Assembly (NCBI RefSeq): GCF_001194135.2
Contig: NC_068990.1
Coordinates: forward strand, 29,242,508 to 29,306,507
DNA from: Octopus bimaculoides
Lineage: Eukaryota
DNA: 64,000 nucleotides
Direction: 5' to 3'
Part shown: piece after piece, positions 41,286 to 50,863 of the stretch
How positions within the stretch are numbered: the stretch's first letter is position 1
Layout of the letters: every line of letters starts with the position of its first letter
Made by a program: the position numbers and the translations under genes
The notes under the pieces: generated by a model
Told to the model about the DNA's origin: nothing
Database searches by the model: none
Seen by the model: only the letters and a program-made list of their open reading frames with translations

Positions 41286-42451
41286 NNNNNNNNNNNNNNN
41301 NNNNNNNNNNNNNNNNNNNNNNNNNNNNNNNNNNNNNNNNNNNNNNNNNNNNNNNNNNNNNNNNNNNNNNNNNNNNNNNNNNNNNNNNNNNNNNNNNNNN
41401 NNNNNNNNNNNNNNNNNNNNNNNNNNNNNNNNNNNNNNNNNNNNNNNNNNNNNNNNNNNNNNNNNNNNNNNNNNNNNNNNNNNNNNNNNNNNNNNNNNNN
41501 NNNNNNNNNNNNNNNNNNNNNNNNNNNNNNNNNNAGCAAGCTACTTACTCCACTGCCACTCCTGTTCCTGTTGTTGTTGTTATATGTTTGTTTAACATTC
41601 CATTGGGATCGACAAGCTGTTAGTTTCATTTTAGACCTGTGGTCCGCCATATTTTTATATTTTGCTGGTTTCACTATCACTATTCAGTGTTATAATTGTA
41701 ATTAATTAATTAACTGATGACAATGATGTTGTCGTTGTAATTAAATTGATGCATGATATTGTTGTTGTAATTAATTAAATAATTCATGTTGCCGTCATCG
41801 TCATCGTCATCGTCGTCATCGTCGTCGTTGTTGTTGTTGTTGTTATTGCTGCTGTTACTGTTGTTGTTGTAGTTGGCGTTATAGCGTTTAATTTCGTTGC
41901 TATAGATGCTGTGGTGTTACTACGATTATTGTTGTTACTGCTGTTGTTGTCGACAATGACGACGATGATGATGATGATGATGATGATATAAGAATCGTTG
42001 TTGCCCTGGCTGTCGGTGTTGTGTCACTTTAGTAGTTGTGATTGATAGCACAGTTGATAATGCAGCTATTCTCGTTGCCGAAACTCGAAACTGTTGTTGC
42101 TGCTGTTGCTGTTCTTGTTCTTGTTCTTGTTCTTGTTCTTGTTCTTGTTGTCGCCGCTGTCGTTGAAGTCGTCGCTATCCTTATGTACGGCAAAGTTTGA
42201 GTTACAAAACGCGATTCCTTTAGCTTTTGATTTCAATTTCGTCCGAGATCGATGAAATGAAGAACCAATCAAATACTGAGATCGATAGTATCGAGTAATA
42301 GCCCCTCCCCTCAAACCTGCTGGTCTCGTGCCTAAAACAAAACCAGCTATTATACTGTATATGTCTGGTTCCATGGTGTAGTGATTATCAGATCTGTTTA
42401 ACACGCAGAAGGTCGTGAGTTCGTAACTTGCTGGAACCTAAGTTTCTTTTA

Positions 42452-42617
42452 GGCGCAGATGTGGCTGTGTGGTAAGAAGCTCGCTTCCCAATCACATGAT
42501 TCCGGGTTCAGTCCCACTGAGTGGCACCTTAGGCAAGCGTCTTCTACTAAAGCCTCAAACCGACCAAAGCCTTGTGAGTGGATTTGGTAGACGGAAACTG
42601 AAGGAAGCCCGTCGTTT
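42452..42617 (+). mobile_element. SINE family A, 5' half
   Basis: GGCGCAGATGTGGCTGTGTGGTAAGAAGC..CCGGGTTCAGTCCC..GGAAACTGAAGGAAGCCCGTCG. Confidence 0.85.
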
Positions 42618-42664
42618 ATATGTGTGTGTGTGTGTGTGTAACCACAATGTAACCACATGTGAAT

Positions 42665-42815
42665 AGCTGGCGATTTTTTTCCTCTTAGACTTTCCTCTGT
42701 CTCCTGTTTCTGAAGATCTTTGCTCGAAACGTAAAACCACCTTTCTTTCCTTCACTGAGCGTCTGCTAATACTTTACATGTACCACGTCCTCGCGTTGCT
42801 GCCTTTTTGTGTTTA
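42665..42815 (+). mobile_element. F3-related repeat with hammerhead-like motif at 42706-42737
   Basis: GTTT-CTGAAGA-tcttt-GCTC-GAA-ACGT-A-AAAC; stem II 5' strand lost. Confidence 0.5.
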
Positions 42816-43549
42816 TTCTTCGTTTTTGGGGGATTTGTAGCAGAAGATGTTTTCCCAAATTGCTATGCAGTAGGATTGAACCTGAAACTTCATATTTGGG
42901 AAGTAAGCTTCATACCACATCACCATGCCTGCGCTTATATGATGTTTATCTTAAAACAGTGTTTATGTCTTGTAAGGTTATTGAAGTTGCAGTGATTTCT
43001 CTGTGAGTTTCTTATACCTGTTCGGTCTGAGCTGCTACTGTAGTCGTTTTCGGCGTTGTTGCATACTTTGGCTGATATTTTGAAGTGATTTTAAGAGTTG
43101 AATATCCAGCGGCAACTATTTGTAACCATCGCATATCCAAATGGTTTTTCACACTCGGTATTTTTGTTTCCTTATGTAGGCAGTCTCTGTGAATGTAATG
43201 AATCTATAAGCTCACGTGATTTGTAATACGCTTTTTCATTTACCTCATGATTCATTGCAGTTTGTTGTGGATATAATGGTGCTACACTGTGGGACTGAAC
43301 CCGTAACCATGTGGTTGGTAAGCAAGCTACTTACTCCACTACCACTCCTGCTCCTGTTGTTGTTGTTGTTATATGTTTGTTTAACATTCCATTGGGATCG
43401 ACAAGCTGTTAGTTTCATTTTAGACCTGTGGTCCGCCATATTTTTATATTTTGCTGGTCTCACTATCACTATTCAGTGTTATAAGAAATACTTCTGCGTG
43501 TCGAATAAATATATTTCAACTAACCTCCAAACTGTGATTATCCTTTTCT

Positions 43550-43735
43550 ATTCTAAGCACAATTTGGGGGGGGNNNNNNNNNNNNNNNNNNNNNNNNNNN
43601 NGGGGAGGGGCCAGTCAATTACATCGACCCCAGTACGCAGCTGATACTTAATTTTTCGACCCCGAAGGGATGAATAGCGAAGTCGACCTCGGCGGAATTT
43701 GAACTCAGAGCGTAAAAACAGACGACATGCCGAAT
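43550..43735 (-). mobile_element. SINE family B
   Basis: ..CGAAGTCGACCTCGGCGGAATTTGAACTCAG.. Confidence 0.85.
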
Positions 43736-44384
43736 AGACGCGTTTGGGCCATGATGTGTCTGATATAATTTGTACGATACTGTTGTTGTAATTCACTCTA
43801 TGCTGTACAAATGGTTGCTTTCGTCTGAGCGTTGTTTTGCTTTCTTTATTGTGTACACAAGGTGGGAAGTGAATATCGTGGCGTTGTTCGTAACTCCTGT
43901 TCTTTGTGTGTGCATTGTGCTTGTGTTCATGAATGGTACTTGGTTACCTTTGATGTCCTCAGGTACAGCCGACAAAAAATGTTTGCAAGTTATATCATTT
44001 GACGTTGTTACTGTCACTCGGGTTACTGCATAGCTGTTGTTGTTGTCGTTGTTGTTGTTATTGACGCTGTTAATTATTCTATAGAATGTTTTATTATTAA
44101 TTTCATGATTTTTGACGAATACAATTGGCCAGTTTTCTGTTTTTGTTTCATTTAATTCTTTTTTTTTTTTATTTTGATGTTGAATTCTATTTCAACCATG
44201 TTTATGTTGTATCGTATTTTCTCAACATTTCTATCCCTGCTTTGTAATTGGGTGTCTTATGTTTCTAAGTTTTTTCAGTTTATCTTTTAGATGTGTCTCT
44301 AAATATTTTGCTGATTGTATATCATGCTGTCTCTCTGAACAATTGTGACGATGGTCAGTTCTGAAGAAACTTCATTCTCTACAT

Positions 44385-44525
44385 TATTTACATTTGACGG
44401 ATACTTGTCCTCATCTTGCTTGTTATCACAACATTTCGGCTGATTTACTCTCCAGCCTTCATCAGGTGTCCTGGTGGAATTTTGAACCCAACCCTAGGTT
44501 CTCATTCCTAAGATATTTTTGCTGA

Positions 44526-44559
<34 letters not shown>

Positions 44560-44610
44560 TATTCAAGGTACTGCCTGGAATTGAACTCGCAATCTTGAGT
44601 TTAAGAGCCC
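44385..44610 (-). mobile_element. Composite element: tRNA-derived family D head, (AAT)n, hammerhead-bearing tail
   Basis: Minus: ..AAGATTGCGAGTTCAATTCCAGGCAG (B box), (AAT)n, ..GGAATGAGAACC.., GACAC-CTGATGA-A-GGCTG-10nt-CAGCC-GAA-ATGT-T-GTGAT. Confidence 0.6.
44425..44470 (-). ncRNA. Hammerhead-ribozyme-like motif, family F2
   Basis: Canonical CTGATGA and GAAA, 5-bp stem II after one extra A, stem I GACAC/GTGAT (one mismatch), stem III ATGT (one change from palindrome ACGT). Confidence 0.6.
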
Positions 44611-44612
44611 AC

Positions 44613-44660
44613 GGGCATATAGCGTAATGGTTAAGAGCGAGTTCAATTCCAGGAAGTACC

Positions 44661-44665
<5 letters not shown>
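44613..44665 (+). mobile_element. SINE family D head, internally deleted, head-to-head with the previous element
   Basis: GGGCATATAGCGTAATGG (A box) TTAAGAGC-GAGTTCAATTCC (B box), then (AAAT)n(AAT)n. Confidence 0.7.
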
Positions 44666-44724
<59 letters not shown>

Positions 44725-44915
44725 CAGTTACAACAGAAACAGGAAGCAAGAGTAAGAGAAAGTTGTGTTGAAAGAGTACAGCAGGTTCGCCACCCCCACC
44801 CGCCCCCTCGTGAAGCTTTAGGTGTTTTCGCTCAATAAACACTCACAACGCCCGGTCTGGGAATCGAAACCGCGATCCTATGATTGCGAGTCCGTTTCCC
44901 TAACCACTGGACCCT
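44725..44915 (-). mobile_element. SINE family C
   Basis: GGTGTTTTCGCTCAATAAACACTCACAACGCCCGGTCTGGGAATCGAAACCGCGATCC. Confidence 0.85.
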
Positions 44916-45527
44916 NNNNNNNNNNATATATATATGTGTGTGTGTGTGTGTGTATGCATGTATATATGTGTGTATTTATATACATATATATATGTGCGGG
45001 TATGTGTGTCTCATAACGCTATTGTAAAAGAACCTGTCTCGTCTGATTTGAGTTTAATTTAAAATGGTAAATGTCTCGTGTTAAGTTTGTAAGAATGTTT
45101 TCCGAATAATGAATATCGAAAGTGACGATAAAATCTTTTATTTCCCTAGAAGTATTTTTTAATTCCATTAATGTTGTGTTGTTTATTTTTGTGTGAGTAA
45201 TGTTTATTTTTAGATGTATTAAGTGTGGAGTTGTTACGTTGAGAAGGGAGATAAAAATAGTACTTCCTGTTTAAATTTTTGTTGTTGCTATTAATTTTAT
45301 TGTTATTTTTCCAATAAATCATTATTTTTCTCAGTTGTTTGCAAATATTATTTGGTCATTGGCTGTTGTATTTGTGAAGGTTTTCAAAACTTTCTAAAAC
45401 AATTTTATTTAGTTTAGCGACAAACGTCGTTTTCTGACGGCGGCGTTTGCAGTGATTGTAAAAACATACTTCTGCGTGTCGAATAAATATATTTCAACTA
45501 AGCTCCAAACTGTGATTATCCTTCTCT

Positions 45528-45725
45528 ATTCTAAGCACAATTTTGGGGGAGGGAGCCAGTCGATTAGATTAACCCCAGTACGCAGCTGGTACTTAATTTT
45601 TCGACCCCGAAAGGATGAATGGCGAAGTCGACCTCGGCGGAATTTGAACTCAGAGCATAAAGACAGACGAAATACCGCTATGCATTTCGCCGGGCGTGCT
45701 AACGTTTCTGTCAGCTCACCACCTT
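45528..45725 (-). mobile_element. SINE family B
   Basis: ..GCATTTCGCCGGGCGTGCTAACGTTTCTGTCAGCTC. Confidence 0.85.
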
Positions 45726-45780
45726 CCAAACGGTGATTATCCTGGCATTCTTTTTTCCATATTATATCCTTTATTGCAAA

Positions 45781-46015
45781 GGCGCGTGGCGTAGTGCTTA
45801 GGTATGTTACACTCACAATCGTGAGATTGTAGGTTCGATTCCGGATCGAGTGCGCGTTGTGTCTTTGAGCAAAACACTCCGGTGCACTCAGCTTTAAATG
45901 GTAACCCTGCAACGGACTAGCCTTCCAATCTGAGGGAATGTTACCCTGTTTGTCTAGCGAGTGAGGAGGCATCATTCGAAAGCTAAAATGATGCAAAGCG
46001 ATGCATAACACCATC
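45781..46015 (+). mobile_element. SINE family C-related with a third type of tail
   Basis: GGCGCGTGGCGTAGTGCTTAGG..GGTTCGATTCC..GTGTCTTTGAGCAAAACACT. Confidence 0.65.
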
Positions 46016-46163
46016 CGATAGTCTGGTCTGTCACGTGACCATAATACACATTATTATTGCCGCTGATTTTTTATAATACTGTTGCCATTGCCGTTGAGGC
46101 GATTATAGCTGTTTACAGTGTTCTTAACGACATAAACTAGAGCTAGAAACTTGTGAGCAGTTC

Positions 46164-46608
46164 AAATATGTTCGAGGCATATTCAAAACCGCAAGAAAGC
46201 CATTCTTGTTGTAAACAAATAGATTTAAATACATTAAGTCAGTCAAGCCCGCCCTCTACACATATCGTTGGATGAATGCATTTTAGAGTAGTTATCTCCT
46301 CTTCACCATCGGACTCTGGAAAGTGAGGCGCGATCCGGGCTGCCGATCAGCGAAATCAGCCACAGTACTTTGACTAGAATCTAATAAGTCCTGATCACTC
46401 GTTGTCAGTTCGCAACGCCTCGCTTTCAAGTGTACGATGTTGAGGAGGAAATAACTACACCGAAATACATGCATCCATCGATGCAGGTAGAGGATATTCT
46501 CGATTGACCTGGTGTGTTTACACCTATTTGTCTACAATGAGTATTTTCTCCTTCTCAAAATACAGTGAATGGGTTTTTTACATGTTGGAATATGCCTCAA
46601 ACGTATTT
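46164..46608. mobile_element. Foldback element with two inverted F4 hammerhead-like motifs
   Basis: Left arm AAATATGTTCGAGGCATATTC..TTGTAAACAAATAG..CATCGGACTCTGGAAAGTGAGGCG matches the reverse-complemented right arm; motifs at 46266-46311 (-) and 46435-46480 (+). Confidence 0.75.
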
Positions 46609-49600
46609 AAAGTGGATACAAGCTTATATTTGCACACATCACTGCTAAGCGCTTCTAATCCGTATAAACAACGACTATAACACATCAGCCCTGTTGAAGT
46701 AAAATTATTATCAAAGGCGCTCCAGAAGCGGCCATTCTCCTTTCCTGTTTATTATTATCAATTATTAGATATGCAACGTATATCCAAAAATATACAATGA
46801 TATACAATATCCACTTTGCTGTTTTTTGCAGAAGAGTGTCATTTTAAGGAATATTTAGCTGCTATTACTATCGAGTCGAGTAAACTTGTTGACGTTGTTC
46901 TTACTGTTGTTGCTTTCTATGTATCCTACGATCAGCCCAGATTTAGGATCACAGACTAGTCGGAGTGCTCCAACTACGATCATCTCATTTTGTTTTAAAT
47001 GTATGAAATTTAGTTATTATTTCTAGCAAGTAGAGCGACCATATAGTGGTTTGTTCTCTGGTTTATCAAATGGATGGATACAATGTGGTAATCTGGTCTT
47101 ATTGTATTAATCATTCATTATACAGTTTGTTTTCTATGATTGTAGATCAGCTAAATTTGGATTAATCTGGGTCAACGACAATTTCACCGATCTGAGACAA
47201 CCTTTAAAATATTACAACCTGTAAAATATTCGCCATTTTCTTCTTCTTCTTCTTCTTCGTCTTCTTCTTCCATTTCTTCGTTTTCTTCTTCCATTTCCTC
47301 GTTTTCTTCTTCTTCTTCTTCTTCTTTTTCTTCTTCTTCTTCTTCTTCTTCTTCTTCTTCTCCTCTTTATTTTTTCTTCTTCGTCATCGTCTTTCCTCCT
47401 CTTCCTCCTTCTTTTTCTTCTTCCCCTCCTCCTTCATTTTCCTTCCTCTTCATCATCATCATCTTTCCTCCTCTTCCTCCTTCTTTTTCTTCTTTCCACT
47501 CCCCCTCCTTTTTCTTTTTCCCTCCTCTTTTTTCTTCTACGTCGTCGTCGTCTTCTTTTTTCCTCCTCCTCCATTTTTCTTTTTCCCCTCCTCCTTCTTT
47601 TTGTTCTCCCCTCCTCATTCTTCTTGGAGGGAGACGTTCTGCTTTGTTTTTTACTGTTTTTGCTCCGCTCATTGGTGATGAGGTTATAGCTGCTATTTAA
47701 TTAATTTATTTATTTATCTGACTCGTTTATTTCCTCGTGAGGTTTACCTCCCTTTCGGTATGAATAATTTTACAAAGTATTCGAATGAAAACAAAGCAAA
47801 TTTGATGTTTACAGAGGAATCAGTGACTGACAAGGAAATCACGTGATACGGTGTCATATGACATATCAATCCTTGCTATGAGAGAAAAAGGAACGGATCG
47901 GGTGAGACGGAGAGAGAAAGACAGAGACAGATAGACAGACAGACAGAGACAGATAGACAGACAGACAGAGACAGATAGACAGACAGACAGAGACGGAGAG
48001 AGAGAGACAGACAGAGACAGATAGACAGACAGACAGACAGAGACAGATAGACAGACAGACAGAGACAGAGAGGGGGGAATATTTACGAACGGATTCATAG
48101 ATTGTGATATGGAAACAATGGTGAGAGAGGGAGGGAGATTATGTAAGAGATTGGAAGAAGGTGTGAAAGAAACCTGAAGAGAAAAGATGAAAGTTAGATT
48201 AAGAGAGTAAGAAATATGGAGAAATTTCGAGGAATAAAAATGAGACGAAGAAGACATGGTTGGGATATGGAAAAGGACGGAGAGTTCTAGGTGAGGAGAA
48301 AAGTGAGGGAGAGAGAGAGAAAGAAATTTAGGTAATAAGAAAATGGGAGATTTCATGAAGGATGAAGAAAGAGAGAGAGTGGGAGAGAGAATGAAAAAGA
48401 GAGAGAAGGAGAAAGATAGAGAGATAAACAGAAACAGTAAGATGGATGAAGAAAGATAGAGAGAGGAAGACTTCGAGATTGAGAACAAATGAGAGATAAT
48501 AGAACAAACGCAAAGAGATGGAGAGAGAGAGAGGAAGAGAGAGAGGAGAGAGGAGAGAGGAGAGAGAGAGAGAGAGATGGAGGAAGAGAGAGAGAGAGAT
48601 GGAGGAAGAGAGAGAGAGAGAGAGAGGAAGAGAGAGAGAGGAAGAGAGAGAGAGGAAGAGAGAGAGAGGAANNNNNNNNNNNNNNNNNNNNNNNNNNNNN
48701 NNNNNNNNNNNNNNNNNNNNNNNNNNNNNNNNNNNNNNNNNNNNNNNNNNNNNNNNNNNNNNNNNNNNNNNNNNNNNNNNNNNNNNNNNNNNNNNNNNNN
48801 NNNNNNNNNNNNNNNNNNNNNNNNNNNNNNNNNNNNNNNNNNNNNNNNNNNNNNNNNNNNNNNNNNNNNNNNNNNNNNNNNNNNNNNNNNNNNNNNNNNN
48901 NNNNNNNNNNNNNNNNNNNNNNNNNNNNNNNNNNNNNNNNNNNNNNNNNNNNNNNNNNNNNNNNNNNNNNNNNNNNNNNNNNNNNNNNNNNNNNNNNNNN
49001 NNNNNNNNNNNNNNNNNNNNNNNNNNNNNNNNNNNNNNNNNNNNNNNNNNNNNNNNNNNNNNNNNNNNNNNNNNNNNNNNNNNNNNNNNNNNNNNNNNNN
49101 NNNNNNNNNNNNNNNNNNNNNNNNNNNNNNNNNNNNNNNNNNNNNNNNNNNNNNNNNNNNNNNNNNNNNNNNNNNNNNNNNNNNNNNNNNNNNNNNNNNN
49201 NNNNNNNNNNNNNNNNNNNNNNNNNNNNNNNNNNNNNNNNNNNNNNNNNNNNNNNNNNNNNNNNNNNNNNNNNNGTAACGTTGATCCCCTGATTTAAGAT
49301 GTTTGGTTTTTAAAAGTCTCTGCCGTGTTAAGCTACAAAGTCAGCAAATGGAAGTGTGTGTCGAATGGGGGGTAAAGAGGGGGGAGTCTCATGTAGTCAC
49401 GTGGTTCAAGAGCTGTAGTGTGAGGAGGCGCTGAAAAGATGGAAGTTCAATCATTAATCATGATATCATTGATTGATTGAATGTCTAAGAGGATTTACTG
49501 AGTTAATCGGGCTTTTAATTCAGTCTTTGGAAAGAAATTTGCAATTTCCAGTCAGTTTAATAATCCGGAGCTTGTTTACATTTACTACCATCATCATCAT

Positions 49601-49691
49601 CATCATCGTCATCCTCATCGTCATCGTCGCCATCATCATCATCACCAACATTATTTGTCTATCCGTAGCAAGTAAAAATATTATCATTATT

Positions 49692-49762
<71 letters not shown>

Positions 49763-49959
49763 TATTACTATTATTATTATTATCATTGCCTTTGCACAGC
49801 TTCTAACGTTGGAGATGTACTACAGTGCCAGTTGTTCACTACCAGTGAACTAAGGTAACACCTTTATTTTTCGTATGTATATTTCTATGCATACCAGTGT
49901 GTGCGCACACACGCATGCGCGTAACATGTGCATTTGTGCGCGTGCGTGAGTCTACACGC

Positions 49960-50150
49960 GCAAAACATGCGTTGGAGATTGGTAAGCGTTAAGAATTGGT
50001 AGTTCTTGTTCACCATGCGATATTTTCCAACTAACTATTACCCATATACCAACATCAAACCAAGACACCACGTAACCTTCCTCGACCAATCGCAGCCCAT
50101 CTTACGGCAATAGCAATCAGTTTCTGTCATTCAAAATGGCTGACGACTAG
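49960..50150 (+). promoter_or_regulatory. Possible core-promoter-like segment
   Basis: Non-repetitive island with GATTGG/AATTGG and GACCAATC CCAAT boxes upstream of CAAAATGGC (YY1/initiator-like); motif inspection only. Confidence 0.2.
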
Positions 50151-50204
50151 CATCACGCTTGAAACTTGACAGTACCAACAAAATTTAATAAAACTCTTTT
50201 TATT

Positions 50205-50420
50205 CATATATATATATTGACCGCTAAATCCACCGCCATGATTGACTGCTAAATCCATATTTTTTTCATTCTCTCTCTGTTTATTTTCTCTTATTCCTTT
50301 CTGTTGAGGAGCGTAGGCTCGAAACGTAAAAGACTTTCTCACATTCCCGAGCGTCAAACTAATACACCTGCTTGTTGTTTATACACCTGTCTTCGTCTTT
50401 TGTTTTTCTGTAAATTTCAA
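50205..50420 (+). mobile_element. Family F3 repeat with the best F3 hammerhead-like motif (50297-50332)
   Basis: CTTT-CTGTTGA-G-GAGC-gtag-GCTC-GAA-ACGT-A-AAAG; all three stems intact, core A6 replaced by U. Confidence 0.7.
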
Positions 50421-50451
50421 CTATATATATAGCTATATATATGCATGTATG

Positions 50452-50485
<34 letters not shown>

Positions 50486-50488
<3 letters not shown>

Positions 50489-50863
50489 GCACCCCGTCGG
50501 TTACGACGACGAGTGTTCAAGTTGATCTGATCAACGGAACAGACTACTCGTAAAATTGATGTGCAAGTAGCTGAGCAATGCACAGACACGTGTACCCTTA
50601 ACTTAGTTCTCGGGGAGATTCAGCGTGACACAGAGTGTGACAAGGCTGGCCCTTTGAAATACAGGTACAACGGAAACAAGAAGAGAGAGTGAGAGAAAGT
50701 TATGGGGAAAGAGTAGAGCAGGGTTCGCCACAACCCCCTGCCGGATCTTCGGGGAGCTTTAGGTGTTTTCGCTCAATAAACACTCTCAACGCCCGGTCTG
50801 GGAATCGAAACCGTGATCCTATGATCGCGAGTCCGCTGCCCTAACCAACGTGTCATTGCGCCT
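50486..50863 (-). mobile_element. SINE family C, near full length
   Basis: Head at the 50863 end (reverse complement GGCGCAATGAC..GGTTAGGGCAGCGGACTCG..GGTTTCGATTCC), tail TGGCACCCCGTCGGTTACGACG. Confidence 0.88.
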
